Source: an uncultured delta proteobacterium (lineage in GTDB: Bacteria; Desulfobacterota; Binatia; Binatales; Binataceae). From it: a stretch of DNA of 64,000 nt. Position numbers and translations under genes: made by a program. Under the pieces are notes generated by a model. It did not search any database. It was not told where the DNA came from and worked only from the letters and a program-made list of their open reading frames with translations. Positions 30,325 to 40,000 of the stretch are shown here, piece after piece; the first letter of the stretch is position 1, and each line of letters begins with the position of its first letter. The stretch lies in NCBI GenBank assembly GCA_963796565.1, contig CAWCMA010000003.1:2454-66453 (forward strand), in the 5' to 3' direction.

Positions 30325-30516
30325 CTACCGGCTGGTCGGAGGGGAATCGACGCCGGTGGCGAGCGAAGTGATGCTGTTGCCGAGCGCTCTGTAGGTGCCG
30401 TAGACCACGACCGCGATGGCCGCCACGATGAGCGCGTATTCCGTCATCGTCTGTCCCCGAGTGCTGCGAACCACGGACTCCTGGGCGCGGATGAACGTCT
30501 TCATCACTAACTTCAC
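30325..30516 (-). CDS. flp: Flp/Fap-family type IVb prepilin (orphan)
   Basis: Leader '...STRG' then 'QTMTEYALIVAAIAVVV', matching the Flp motif G/XXXXEY plus a hydrophobic helix. 63 aa. No tad/cpa genes are nearby. Confidence 0.75.
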   Translation of the reverse strand: MKLVMKTFIRAQESVVRSTRGQTMTEYALIVAAIAVVVYGTYRALGNSITSLATGVDSPPTSR

Positions 30517-30861
30517 TTTCTCATCTCCCCTTTTATCGTCCTTTGAGAGCTATTGAAGCTATATTTTTTGCTTTATTTTATCTAGAGATGAAAAACAGTT
30601 CATTTGCAGTCTTAGGCAATTCTTACTATCTAGGATGGTTCCTTGTGCTTTTAAATATCTCTATGTAGCGTACAATAGCAAGAGTGTTTCATTTCAGCGC
30701 CAAGACTTCCAAGGGCATCATAAGGCATCAGTTGACGGACCGGGCCGGCAACTGTTCTCGATGGGCGGCTACCTCGATCTGCCATGACCAATCGCGATAA
30801 ATATTCTCCTGCTTGATTCCATAGGCAGAGCCGCTGAGACCTCTCGCTAAAGGAAGACCAG

Positions 30862-32232
30862 ATGACGAGCAGTTTGGGACACCATGCAGTTGTGATCGGC
30901 GGGAGCCTGGCGGGGCTGATGAGCGCGACGGTGCTGGCCGACTACTTCGACCGTGTCACCGTGTTCGAGCGCGATAAGCTCGAAGATCGGCCCGTGCTCC
31001 ACAAGTCGGTCCCGCAGGGCAATCATATTCACGCTCTGCTGCTCAGTGGGCAGCACGTGATGTCGTTACTCTATCCCGGCTTCACCGAGGAACTGAAGGC
31101 GCTCGGCGCCGTGCGTTTCAGGCAGGGTATCGACATCGCCTTTTACGGTCCCCATGGCAAGGGCTACAACGCGACCGGGTCAGTAAGGGAACCTCGCGAC
31201 CTTGGGCTCGAGGGCCACATCATGAGTCGCGGGCTGCTCGAATATCACGTCAGGCGGCGGACGGTCGCGCTCGCCAACGTGAAGCTCGAGGCGGATGCCG
31301 CGATCGAAGGGCTGGTTCATGATGGTGGGCGAGTTCGCGGCGTGCGCCGCAATGGCGCGGCGGGTGCGCAGCCGGTCGAGGCTGACCTGATAGTCGATGC
31401 GGGTGGGCGCAGTTCTCACGCCGCGCGTTGGCTGCTTGAGATGGGAGTGCCGGCTCCAGAGGAAACGACCATCGGTGTCGACTTTGCCTATACGAGCACC
31501 AAGTACCGCAAGCCCGAACTCGACCACGAATCGGAGCCGTTGCTGCTCGTCGGCGGACCGCCGCCTGAATACAAAAGGGCCGCCGGGCTGTTCGAGATCG
31601 AAAACCGCACGTGGCACGTAAGTCTGGCGGGCCGTTTCGGTGACTACCCTCCAACCGACGAAGCAGGGTTTCTGGACTTCGCGAAGGCGTTGCCTTCTCC
31701 CAGGCTCTACGAGCTGATCAAGGACGCCGAACGGATCGCCGACATCACCCATCATCGATTCCCGACCAGTGTCTGGCGGCACTACGAACAATTGCAGACC
31801 TTTCCGCCGGGGTTTCTGATTCTGGGAGATGCAATTTGCAGTTTCAATCCGGTCTATGGGCAGGGCATGAGTTCCGCCGCGCTGCAGGTGCATACGTTGC
31901 AGAAGATTCTCCGCGAGCGAGCGTCCCAATCTCGCGGGCTCGACGGGTTGGCGGCGGCTTTTTTTCCGAAAGCGGCGGAGGCGGTTAGCGCGCCGTGGGC
32001 TCTGGCCGCAAGCTTCGATTTCGCGTATCCCCAAACCAAGGGGGAACGGCCGCCGGGCCTGGCGGAAGGCGCCGGCTACTTTGCGGCGCTGGATTCGCTA
32101 CAGGCCGAGGACATTAATGTACAGCGGTTGGTCACCGAGGTGTTTCAACTCACCCAGCCCATATCGGCGCTGCGTGAAGAGCCTCTACTGAGCCGGATTT
32201 TGGCCCGCCTGCAGCAGCAGCGTCGCGCCTGA
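30862..32232 (+). CDS. FAD-dependent monooxygenase/oxidoreductase
   Basis: N-terminal dinucleotide-binding motif 'HAVVIGGSLAGLMSATVLA...VTVFERD' and second FAD motif 'LIVDAGGRSS'. The 'GDAICSFNPVYGQGMSSAALQ' block is typical of flavin monooxygenases. Confidence 0.75.
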   Translation: MTSSLGHHAVVIGGSLAGLMSATVLADYFDRVTVFERDKLEDRPVLHKSVPQGNHIHALLLSGQHVMSLLYPGFTEELKALGAVRFRQGIDIAFYGPHGKGYNATGSVREPRDLGLEGHIMSRGLLEYHVRRRTVALANVKLEADAAIEGLVHDGGRVRGVRRNGAAGAQPVEADLIVDAGGRSSHAARWLLEMGVPAPEETTIGVDFAYTSTKYRKPELDHESEPLLLVGGPPPEYKRAAGLFEIENRTWHVSLAGRFGDYPPTDEAGFLDFAKALPSPRLYELIKDAERIADITHHRFPTSVWRHYEQLQTFPPGFLILGDAICSFNPVYGQGMSSAALQVHTLQKILRERASQSRGLDGLAAAFFPKAAEAVSAPWALAASFDFAYPQTKGERPPGLAEGAGYFAALDSLQAEDINVQRLVTEVFQLTQPISALREEPLLSRILARLQQQRRA

Positions 32233-32388
32233 GGCGAGCGTCGCGCGGTGCTCCAGCACGTTCATCCCCGCATCGGATAGTTTTTCTACCGAGATTTGTG
32301 TCGCGGATCTTCTCTCCTGTCGTTGGTAGGAGTTCTCGCGGTCTCGTCGAAAGTTACAGACGGCCGGTACGTTGATGCATCGTGCGAT

Positions 32389-32414
32389 GTAACTAATCAC
32401 GATCGCGTGAGAAC
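32389..32414 (+). promoter_or_regulatory. Candidate ECF-σ-dependent promoter upstream of the σ/anti-σ operon (GTAACT-N16-GAAC)
   Basis: 'GATGTAACT-aatcacgatcgcgtga-GAAC' at 32386-32414. An identical motif and spacing recurs at 33938-33966 upstream of msrA. Confidence 0.4.
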
Positions 32415-32656
32415 TCTAGGTCGATGGCACTCGCGCGCGCGCGAAGGTGCCTCAAATTACCGCGATCATTCCGTCGTCCATGCACATTCCATCGTCGATG
32501 CAATTCTCCGCCCGGCGTCAGCGCGCAGGCCTGAGTTGGCCGGCCGGCGGCGGCGGACGTCTTGCGGCGGCGGCTTTTGTTGCGGCAGGCGGCGCTCCGT
32601 GCTGTCCTGATACGCCTGAATCGTGCCCCGTGCGTCTAAGGGAAGGCGCCGGCGCG

Positions 32657-33244
32657 ATGATCACTGGCAGCGCCGCAAGAATGAAAAAGGTCGACGACGC
32701 TCAACGGCTCGAACGGAGCAGGATGCGCATGCATCTGATGGAGCGCCTGCAGCGGGGTGACGCTGACGCCTGCCGTCTCTTGCTCGACGACGTCGGCCCC
32801 GCCGTGACCCGTTTCTTGCGCGGGCGTGTCGCGATCGACGAAGTGGAGGACGTCTACCAGGAGATCTTTATGGCGTTGTTCCAGGCGCGCCATACCTACC
32901 AGGCCGGCCGTCCGCTCGAGCCATGGCTGTTCGCGATCGCGCGCAACGTTGCGGCCGACCACTCGCGACGGCGCTGGGCGCGGGCGAGTTGGGAAGAGCT
33001 GACCCCGGACTTGCCCGAGCGCGCAGCGGGCGACTCGCCCACGGCCTCGCCCGATATCGAAGGCCTCCTGACCAGGCTTCCGCCAGCGCAGCGCGAGGCG
33101 TTCGCGATGCTCAAGCTCGACGGGATGACGCTGGAGGCTGCGGCCGGCCGCGCCGGCGTTTCAGTCGGTGCGTTGAAGGTCCGGGCGCATCGCGCCTACA
33201 AGGCGTTGCGAAAACTGATCGGTGGAGAAAGCGACAGTGGCTGA
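32657..33244 (+). CDS. ECF (σ70 family, group IV) RNA polymerase sigma factor
   Basis: Region 2 'DVYQEIFMALFQARHTYQAGRPLEPWLFAIARNVAADHSRRR' and region 4 HTH 'REAFAMLKLDGMTLEAAAGRAGVSVGALKVRAHRAYKALR'. Start chosen at ATG 32657 (RBS-like AAGGGAAGG upstream). The track ORF begins earlier at 32447. Confidence 0.85.
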   Translation: MITGSAARMKKVDDAQRLERSRMRMHLMERLQRGDADACRLLLDDVGPAVTRFLRGRVAIDEVEDVYQEIFMALFQARHTYQAGRPLEPWLFAIARNVAADHSRRRWARASWEELTPDLPERAAGDSPTASPDIEGLLTRLPPAQREAFAMLKLDGMTLEAAAGRAGVSVGALKVRAHRAYKALRKLIGGESDSG

Positions 33245-33920
33245 AGCGTCCCCAATGACCCACGCGGAGCGCCATCGCCTGCTGGTCGAGGCGCTCGCCG
33301 CGACTATCAGGCCGGTGCGGCCGTTATGGCCGGTGCGCGCGCGTCTGGGGCTTTGGCTATCGCTGGAAGTGCTCGTGCTGTTGTGGGTCGCGACTCATAC
33401 CGGCAACGACTTCATGCGCAAGCTCGATCATCTCGACTATGCACTCGAGGTGATGCTTTTCGCAGGCGCGGCCACGCTCGCGGCGATGCTGGCGCTCCGC
33501 TTGGCCGTTCCGGGGCGGCGCGCCGGTCCACGCGAAGTAGCGCTCTTGATCGTACTGGTGCTGATTGGAACCGCGCTGGTGATCGTCGGCGAACCGATGC
33601 GCACGGGCTATCCGCTCGGTGAATTTTTGCACGTGGGCATCGGCTGCGCCCTCGAGACCTGCACACTCGCCGCGTTGCCCTGGATGGCGCTCTGGTGGGC
33701 GGTCAAGCGGGGCGCTCCGATGCGCGGCGCCGTCGCCGGACTGGCGACCGGTGCGGCCGCACTGCTTTTCTCTTTTGCAATGATGCGTATCGGATGCCCG
33801 ATCGATGAGCCTTTACACGTCCTCACATGGCATCTGCTGCCCGCGCTCGTGCTCATCGCGCTCTCCGCCCTGGCCGGAGCGGCGTGGCTTCGCTTTCGCC
33901 CGCGTGGTCAACAGATGTAG
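33222..33920 (+). CDS. DUF1109-family (NrsF-like) membrane anti-sigma factor
   Basis: N-terminus 'HAERHRLLVEALAATIRPVRP' matches the DUF1109 'LI..LA.DL.PV' start. About six TM helices. Cys residues in loops ('GIGCALETC', 'RIGCPID'). It overlaps the end of the σ gene. An alternative ATG start is at 33255. Confidence 0.7.
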   Translation: MEKATVAEASPMTHAERHRLLVEALAATIRPVRPLWPVRARLGLWLSLEVLVLLWVATHTGNDFMRKLDHLDYALEVMLFAGAATLAAMLALRLAVPGRRAGPREVALLIVLVLIGTALVIVGEPMRTGYPLGEFLHVGIGCALETCTLAALPWMALWWAVKRGAPMRGAVAGLATGAAALLFSFAMMRIGCPIDEPLHVLTWHLLPALVLIALSALAGAAWLRFRPRGQQM

Positions 33921-33940
33921 TTCGGATGCCGTTCGCGGAT

Positions 33941-33966
33941 GTAACTTTCGCCGCTTTTACGAGAAC
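33941..33966 (+). promoter_or_regulatory. Second copy of the GTAACT-N16-GAAC promoter-like motif, ~105 nt upstream of msrA
   Basis: 'GGATGTAACT-ttcgccgcttttacga-GAAC'. Same 6-mer, same 16-nt spacer length and same downstream 4-mer as the copy at 32389. Confidence 0.4.
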
Positions 33967-34071
33967 GATACTGTGAGGCAAGCGCTTCCCCTGAAGCATA
34001 GAGCCTGCGGTAGACGCTGGCTGGCGGAAGTCAGAGATTAACGGAAGACAGGGGCTCGCGCGCAATTCATC

Positions 34072-34740
34072 ATGATGAATCGTCAGACGAATCGCCATCG
34101 ATTCCGGGCGTTTCCCGTGCTCACGCTGCTTTCGGTCGCCGCGTTTGCGGCGGTTGCAGTCGTATCGGTGAACGCGGCTGAAAGCTCCTCTCAGAACGCC
34201 GCCACGCAACAGACGGCGGTCTTCGCCGGCGGATGCTTTTGGGGCGTGGACGCCGTTTTCAAGCACGTCAAGGGCGTAGACCGGGTACTCTCCGGTTATG
34301 CCGGCGGGCAAGCGTCGACCGCGCAGTACGAGACGGTGAGCACCGGGACGACCGGTCACGCAGAGTCCGTGGAGGTCACGTACGATCCGTCGCAGGTCTC
34401 GTACAACGATCTGTTGAAGGTTTTCTTTTACGCCGCGCACGATCCGACGGAACTCAATCAGCAAGGGCCCGATGAGGGGACGCAATACCGCTCGGCGATT
34501 TTTTATACCGACGCGGATCAGAAGCAGGCCGCCGACGCGTACATCGCTCAACTCGATCGAGAAAAAGCATTCTCCGAGCCTATCGTCACCCAGGTAGTTC
34601 CGCTCAAAGGCTTCTATCCAGCCGAGAGCTACCATCAGAACTACCTCGAGCGGCATCCGGACAACCCTTACATCGTGATCAACGATCTGCCCAAGCTCGA
34701 GCTGCTGCGGCATAAATTTCCTCAGCTCTACAAACCGTAA
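34072..34740 (+). CDS. msrA: Peptide-methionine (S)-S-oxide reductase MsrA (secreted/periplasmic form)
   Basis: Signal peptide, then the catalytic 'GGCFWG' motif and a conserved MsrA body ('[10 protein letters not shown]...YHQNYL'). Confidence 0.95.
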   Translation: MMNRQTNRHRFRAFPVLTLLSVAAFAAVAVVSVNAAESSSQNAATQQTAVFAGGCFWGVDAVFKHVKGVDRVLSGYAGGQASTAQYETVSTGTTGHAESVEVTYDPSQVSYNDLLKVFFYAAHDPTELNQQGPDEGTQYRSAIFYTDADQKQAADAYIAQLDREKAFSEPIVTQVVPLKGFYPAESYHQNYLERHPDNPYIVINDLPKLELLRHKFPQLYKP

Positions 34741-34906
34741 GCGCTCACCGGCGATAGCTACGCGCCGGAGGGCCGTGCCGAACGCACCCAATCGACGATG
34801 CAATGGTGCGCCCAGGGGCTTTCCTGATGCGTGTGCCTCCCCGCGCGCGGGAGAGGCTAACGTCGAGTGGCCGGGTCGTGCTACGCTGCGCGGCTTGAGA
34901 GGTTAC

Positions 34907-36082
34907 ATGAAAGCCAGGGTCATACGCTGTGCGCGGATCGTTGCGATCTTTGTGGGCGTGCCGGCGATCCTTCTGGGCGTGACGATTTGCCAAGTTGCGC
35001 GCGCGCTCGCCCAGATGCCGCCCCAGGAACAGGTCAACATCCTCGAACTGCCGCCGGTCTCGCCGCATTGGATTGCGGTGACGTCGTTCGGTGGTTCGAT
35101 AATGGTGACGCCGATCACGCTCATCGATGGCGATTCATTGCAGGTGGTAGGCACTATCACCGGCGGGCTGACCGCCATGTTCGCCGCCGCGCCCGACCAT
35201 AAACAGTTCTACACCGCGGACACGTTCTACTCGCGCGCGATTCGCGGCGATCGCACCGACACGATAACGATCTATGACGCGCGCAAACTCGCGCCGACCT
35301 CGGAAATCGTGATTCCCAACAAGCGCCAGCTCGCGGTGCAGGACACCACCGCGATGAACGTCACTCCGGACGGGCGTTTTCTGCTTTATTCGAACCTGAC
35401 TCCGGCAACCTCGGTCACCGCGGTCGACCTGCAAGGCAATAAGGTCGCGGCGGAGATCCAGACTCCAGGTTGTTCCGAGATTCTGATACTCGGGGAGCGC
35501 GAGTTTGCATCGGTATGCGCCGACGGCTCGATGCTGACCACGCAGTTCGACGACAACGCCAAGGCTACGGAGCAAAAGCGTACCGCCAAGCCGTTCTTCG
35601 ATGTCGAGAAGGATCCGGTCTTCGCCGCCCCGGCGATGATCGACAAGCAGGCTTACTTCGTCAGCTATCATGGGGTCGTCTACCCGATGGACATATCGTC
35701 GAGTCCGGCGAGCCCCGGCGCATCGTGGCCACTGCTGACCGACCAGGATAAGCAGGAGGGCTGGCGGCCGGGCGGATGGCAGCCGGTGGCATACTATGCG
35801 CCGGACTATCTGATGTTCGTTCTCATGCATCGGGGCGGTGAATGGACGCACAAGAAAGCCGGGACCGAAGTGTGGGTGTTCAACGTCAGCCAGCACAGCC
35901 GCGTCGCACGGATTCCGCTGCCAGTGGAAGCAAACTCGATTCGCGTGACCCGGGACGGCAAGCCGATCCTGTTTGCGGCCTCCACCCACGAAGGTGTGAT
36001 ACAGGTATTTTCCGCGCTCGGGGGCAAGTACCAGGGCCAAATCGAGGAAATGGGACAGCCGTTCACGCTGTACGGGCTGTAG
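34907..36082 (+). CDS. Amine dehydrogenase heavy-chain-like 7-bladed β-propeller protein (MauB/aralkylamine dehydrogenase family-like)
   Basis: Signal peptide plus a ~360-aa propeller. The repetitive β-strand pattern and overall length resemble methylamine dehydrogenase large subunit. This rests on recall of the family only. No small-subunit (TTQ) gene is adjacent. Confidence 0.45.
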   Translation: MKARVIRCARIVAIFVGVPAILLGVTICQVARALAQMPPQEQVNILELPPVSPHWIAVTSFGGSIMVTPITLIDGDSLQVVGTITGGLTAMFAAAPDHKQFYTADTFYSRAIRGDRTDTITIYDARKLAPTSEIVIPNKRQLAVQDTTAMNVTPDGRFLLYSNLTPATSVTAVDLQGNKVAAEIQTPGCSEILILGEREFASVCADGSMLTTQFDDNAKATEQKRTAKPFFDVEKDPVFAAPAMIDKQAYFVSYHGVVYPMDISSSPASPGASWPLLTDQDKQEGWRPGGWQPVAYYAPDYLMFVLMHRGGEWTHKKAGTEVWVFNVSQHSRVARIPLPVEANSIRVTRDGKPILFAASTHEGVIQVFSALGGKYQGQIEEMGQPFTLYGL

Positions 36083-36129
36083 CTCGAAGCGTAGTCCCAC
36101 AAAAGTTTTAGCACCGAAGGAGAGATGCG

Positions 36130-37002
36130 ATGGAAATCGGCAAATTGGGTGCGTTCGTCTTCATGGATGCGATGCCTGCGCCGGAGAGCGCCGCGTTTTG
36201 CCGCCGAGTCGAGCGGCTGGGCTACAAGGTCGTTTGGTCGCCCGAGGCCTGGGGACGCGAGCCCTTCGCACATGGCGGCTACGTGCTGGCGAATACCGAT
36301 AGCCTGATTTACGCAACTGGTATCGCCAACGTATGGGTGCGCGATCCCGCGGCCATGGCCTCGGCAGCCAAGACGCTGGCCGAACTCGCGCCTGACCGCT
36401 TCATCCTCGGCATCGGCGTGAGCCATCGCTCGCTGGTCGAAGATCTGCGCGGGCACAAGTACGTCAAGCCCTTCAGCTATCTATGCGATTACATCCCACG
36501 GATGAAATCGACACTCTACAAGGCGGTCGCGCCAAAGGTGGAACCGCCGCTGGTGATCGCGGCGCTACATCCCAAGTCGCTCGGCCTGGCCGCGCGCGAA
36601 GCGCACGGCACGCATACCTACCTGTGCCTTCCGGAGCATACGAAAAAGGCGCGCGCCCTGATGGGGCCCGACAAATGGGTTTGCGCGAGCGTGGTGGTCA
36701 TCCTCGAGCGTGACGCCGCGAAGGCGCGCGCCCGCGCCCGCGAGCATCTGAGCTTTTACGCCAACCAGGACAACTATCGCCGGATCCTGATCTCCCAGGG
36801 TTTTTCGGCGGCTGATTTTGAGAACGGATGCAGCGATCGTCTGATCGATGCGGTGATCGCCTGGGGTAGCGAGGACAAGATCAAGGAACGGATCGATGCC
36901 CAGCTCGCGGCCGGCGCCAATCACATCTGCCTGATGCCACTGCGCTGCGACGACGTTCCGCTGCCCGACGAACGCGCGCTGGAAGCCTTCGCGCCGCGTT
37001 GA
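36130..37002 (+). CDS. LLM-class F420/flavin-dependent oxidoreductase
   Basis: 290-aa luciferase-like TIM-barrel: 'LGYKVVWSPEAWGREPF...FILGIGVSHRSLVEDL'. Confidence 0.85.
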   Translation: MEIGKLGAFVFMDAMPAPESAAFCRRVERLGYKVVWSPEAWGREPFAHGGYVLANTDSLIYATGIANVWVRDPAAMASAAKTLAELAPDRFILGIGVSHRSLVEDLRGHKYVKPFSYLCDYIPRMKSTLYKAVAPKVEPPLVIAALHPKSLGLAAREAHGTHTYLCLPEHTKKARALMGPDKWVCASVVVILERDAAKARARAREHLSFYANQDNYRRILISQGFSAADFENGCSDRLIDAVIAWGSEDKIKERIDAQLAAGANHICLMPLRCDDVPLPDERALEAFAPR

Positions 37003-37035
37003 AATCGGCGCCGCGCGGCTCCATCGCCGACTCGC

Positions 37036-40000
37036 TCACTGGAGCGACAGGTCGGCGCGCGTGGTCTTGCCGCCATCCTTGATCCCGTCGGCGTTGAGCT
37101 TGGGCGGTGCCACGAGCAGTCGCGCCGGGTCGATCTTCGCGCTCAGCGCCTTGCGAACCGCATTGGCCCTGGCTTCGGCAAGCTGCTTGAGGTCGCCGTC
37201 GGTGACCTTGATATTGGCGATCATCAGGTTTTTCATCTCGTCCGGTGGCAGCGATTTGTTGAGTCCGAGCAGATCGCGCGGCTTGTCGAATTTCGCCGCC
37301 TTGTAGGCGCGCCTCAGGTACTTGTTGTACTCATCCGGCGTGATCTGGACGCTCGCCAGGTCCACGTTGGCGGCGCTTTGATCCATATCCAGCAGCTTCT
37401 GTTTCGCGACGCTCTGCTCGACCAGCGCCTCGGGTAGGGCCGCGCGATCGAATTTCGGGTCGACCCGTCCGCAGATACTGACCTTCAGCGACGGACGCGC
37501 CTGCAGGGCCTTGGCGACCGTGTCGAGTTTGCGCCTGGCAAGCGGAGTCAGCGTGGCCCATCCGGGCGAGAACACCACGTAGTTCAGATCTTCGCCGCTG
37601 CCGCCACCGCCGCCGATGGCCGAAGCGATTAGGTTGAAGGGCGAAGTGACCGCCCTGACGAGGAGGCCCATGAACGCGTGCAACACGATACCGCCGACGC
37701 TGAATTGCGGATCGGACAGCGAGCCGGAGACGGGAAGATGGAGATCGATTTGGCCCTGCGAATTCTTGAGTATCGCGACCGCGAGGCGGATCGGCAGATT
37801 GATCGCGTTGGGGCTTTCCACCTTGTCGCCGAAGGTAAGCTGGTCGATGAAGATGTGGTTCTCGGCGGTGAGTTGTTGCTGCTGGAGCAGGTAGTGCACG
37901 TCAACCGTGAGCGTGCCCTTGGTGATCGGGTAGCCGGTGTATTTGGTCGAGTAGGCCGAGAGGTCGGTCAACTCGACGCCTTCGGCCTTGGCCTTGATAT
38001 CGACAAAAGCCAACGGAGTGAGTGGATTGACCGAGCCGCTGATCGTCAACGGCGCGTTGCGGTTGACCTCCCCGTCGAGTTCGACGTCGGCGGGCGTCGT
38101 CGTGCCAGTTCCGAAGGTTCCCACCTTGCCACTAATCTCGGTGAGATCGGCCGAGTAGTTGGGCTTGATGAAGTTGTCGGTGTAGTTGACCTGGCCGCCG
38201 TGAAGCGTGATTCGCCCGACTTCGAGATCGGCCGGGATCGGAGCCGCACTGGGCGCGGCCGCCGGACTCGCCGCGGCCGCCGGTGAGGTCGCCTCGTTAC
38301 TCGCGGCAGGCGGACTTGGTAACGGTGTCGGGGCAGGCGTTGGCGCATTGGTTGGTGCAGGCGCCGCCGGCGTAGCGCCCGGGGCTCCATGCGCCCGCGT
38401 GAGCGAAGTCGGCGCCTGCTCCGGATTCGCCGTCACGTCGCGCAGGTTCAGGCGGCCGTCGCTATTGAGAATGATGCGCGCGTAGAAGTTGCCCAGGTCC
38501 AGCGACGCGACATGGACCTTCGGCGGCCCCGAGCCCAAATTGAAATTAATTCCGTTCGCACTGAGGGAGCTCCAGCGCAGAAAGCTGTCGTTGGTTACCT
38601 TGTCGAGCATCCGCACTCTGCCGAGCACGGCGTCGCCGCGGTAGCTCACGTGCATTTCCTTGCGCTCGTCCGACACCCCCACCTCGCCGTTCAAGGTCAG
38701 GGCGGCGCTGGCGATGGTGGTGTTGAGATGGCTGGTGACGTAGGGATCGAAGGGCGCCAGGTCGAGGCGGCGGGTGACGACCCGAAGATTGAGCTTGAGC
38801 GGCGTTGGGGCGGCCGTTCCTGTCACCTTGAAGCTGCCCTTGCGGTTGAGGATACCGTCGAGGTCGACCCCGATCGGCTTGGAGAGATCGTTCGACACAT
38901 TCTTCAGACGAAGGTTGAGTGGTGCGACGGCGATCTCGACCTTATGCGGCATCGTGTCGTCTTCGACGCTGATTTCGGTTTTTTCGATCGCCACTGATGC
39001 GACCTGGTAGCGCCAGGATCCAGGTGCGGGCGTCGCGGGGGGCGGCGCGGGAGCACGCGCCGCGGCGGCCCTACTGCCCCTGCGTCGGTGCGCCGGCGCC
39101 GAGGCGTGGCGTTCGCGCACGCGCGATTTTCTCTCGAGATGGCGCTTCTCGCGCCGTCTCGACGAGGTGCGGGTGCGCTCGAGCGCGACGGCGGTGGGTT
39201 GCGCTTCAGGGGTTGCGGTCTCGCGCATCAGCGAGGCGAGGTTCAACTGGCCGTTGCGCTCGCGCCGGACGAACAGATGCAATCCATCGGAGCGCACTTC
39301 GGTGACCGTCGCCTGGCGGGTGGCGAGATCGACCTGCCCGATCGACGCGCTCAGTTTGTTCCATCCGATCGGATTTTCGCTCTGCTGCGGGGCGCGCAAT
39401 TCGAACTTTTCCAGCGAGATGCTCGCGGGCGCCGCATGTACGTTGAACCGTCCGGTGGCGAAGACGGTCTGGACCTTGGCCTGCGCAGTCAGTTTGCCGG
39501 TTGCAACGGTGGCCGCCAGAAACGGCTGCGCGAATCCTTGTAGTGCCGGCAGATCGATCGCGGCGAGCGTGATGTCCGTCGTCGCCTTCGAATGGGCGAG
39601 ATCGAGCGCTCCCTTCACCGCGATCGTGCCGCCACCACCAAGCGTCGTGCCCAGGTCAAAGGGAGCCGGCGCTTTCTGACCGACGGTGCGCAGGTCCTTG
39701 AGTCCGACGTGCAGATTGCGCAGCGCGAGCGCCGCCGGCGGCGTGACGCTGTTATCGGTGATCTCCACCGCGGCGTTGGTCAACGCCAGCTCTTCGAGCG
39801 ATACGTCGGTGGGCGCGGGCGGCTTGGCCGTCGCCGCCGGTTGCGGCGTCTGCGCCGCCGCGGGCGGAGCGCTCGCGGTTAGCTGGGCGATGTTGGCCGC
39901 GGCCGTGGACCTGGCGGCAACCGTGGGCGTGGCGGTGGCCGTGCGTGTGGGCGTGGGCGTGGCGGCGACGGTCGCTATCGCGGCCGCGGTCTTGATCGCC

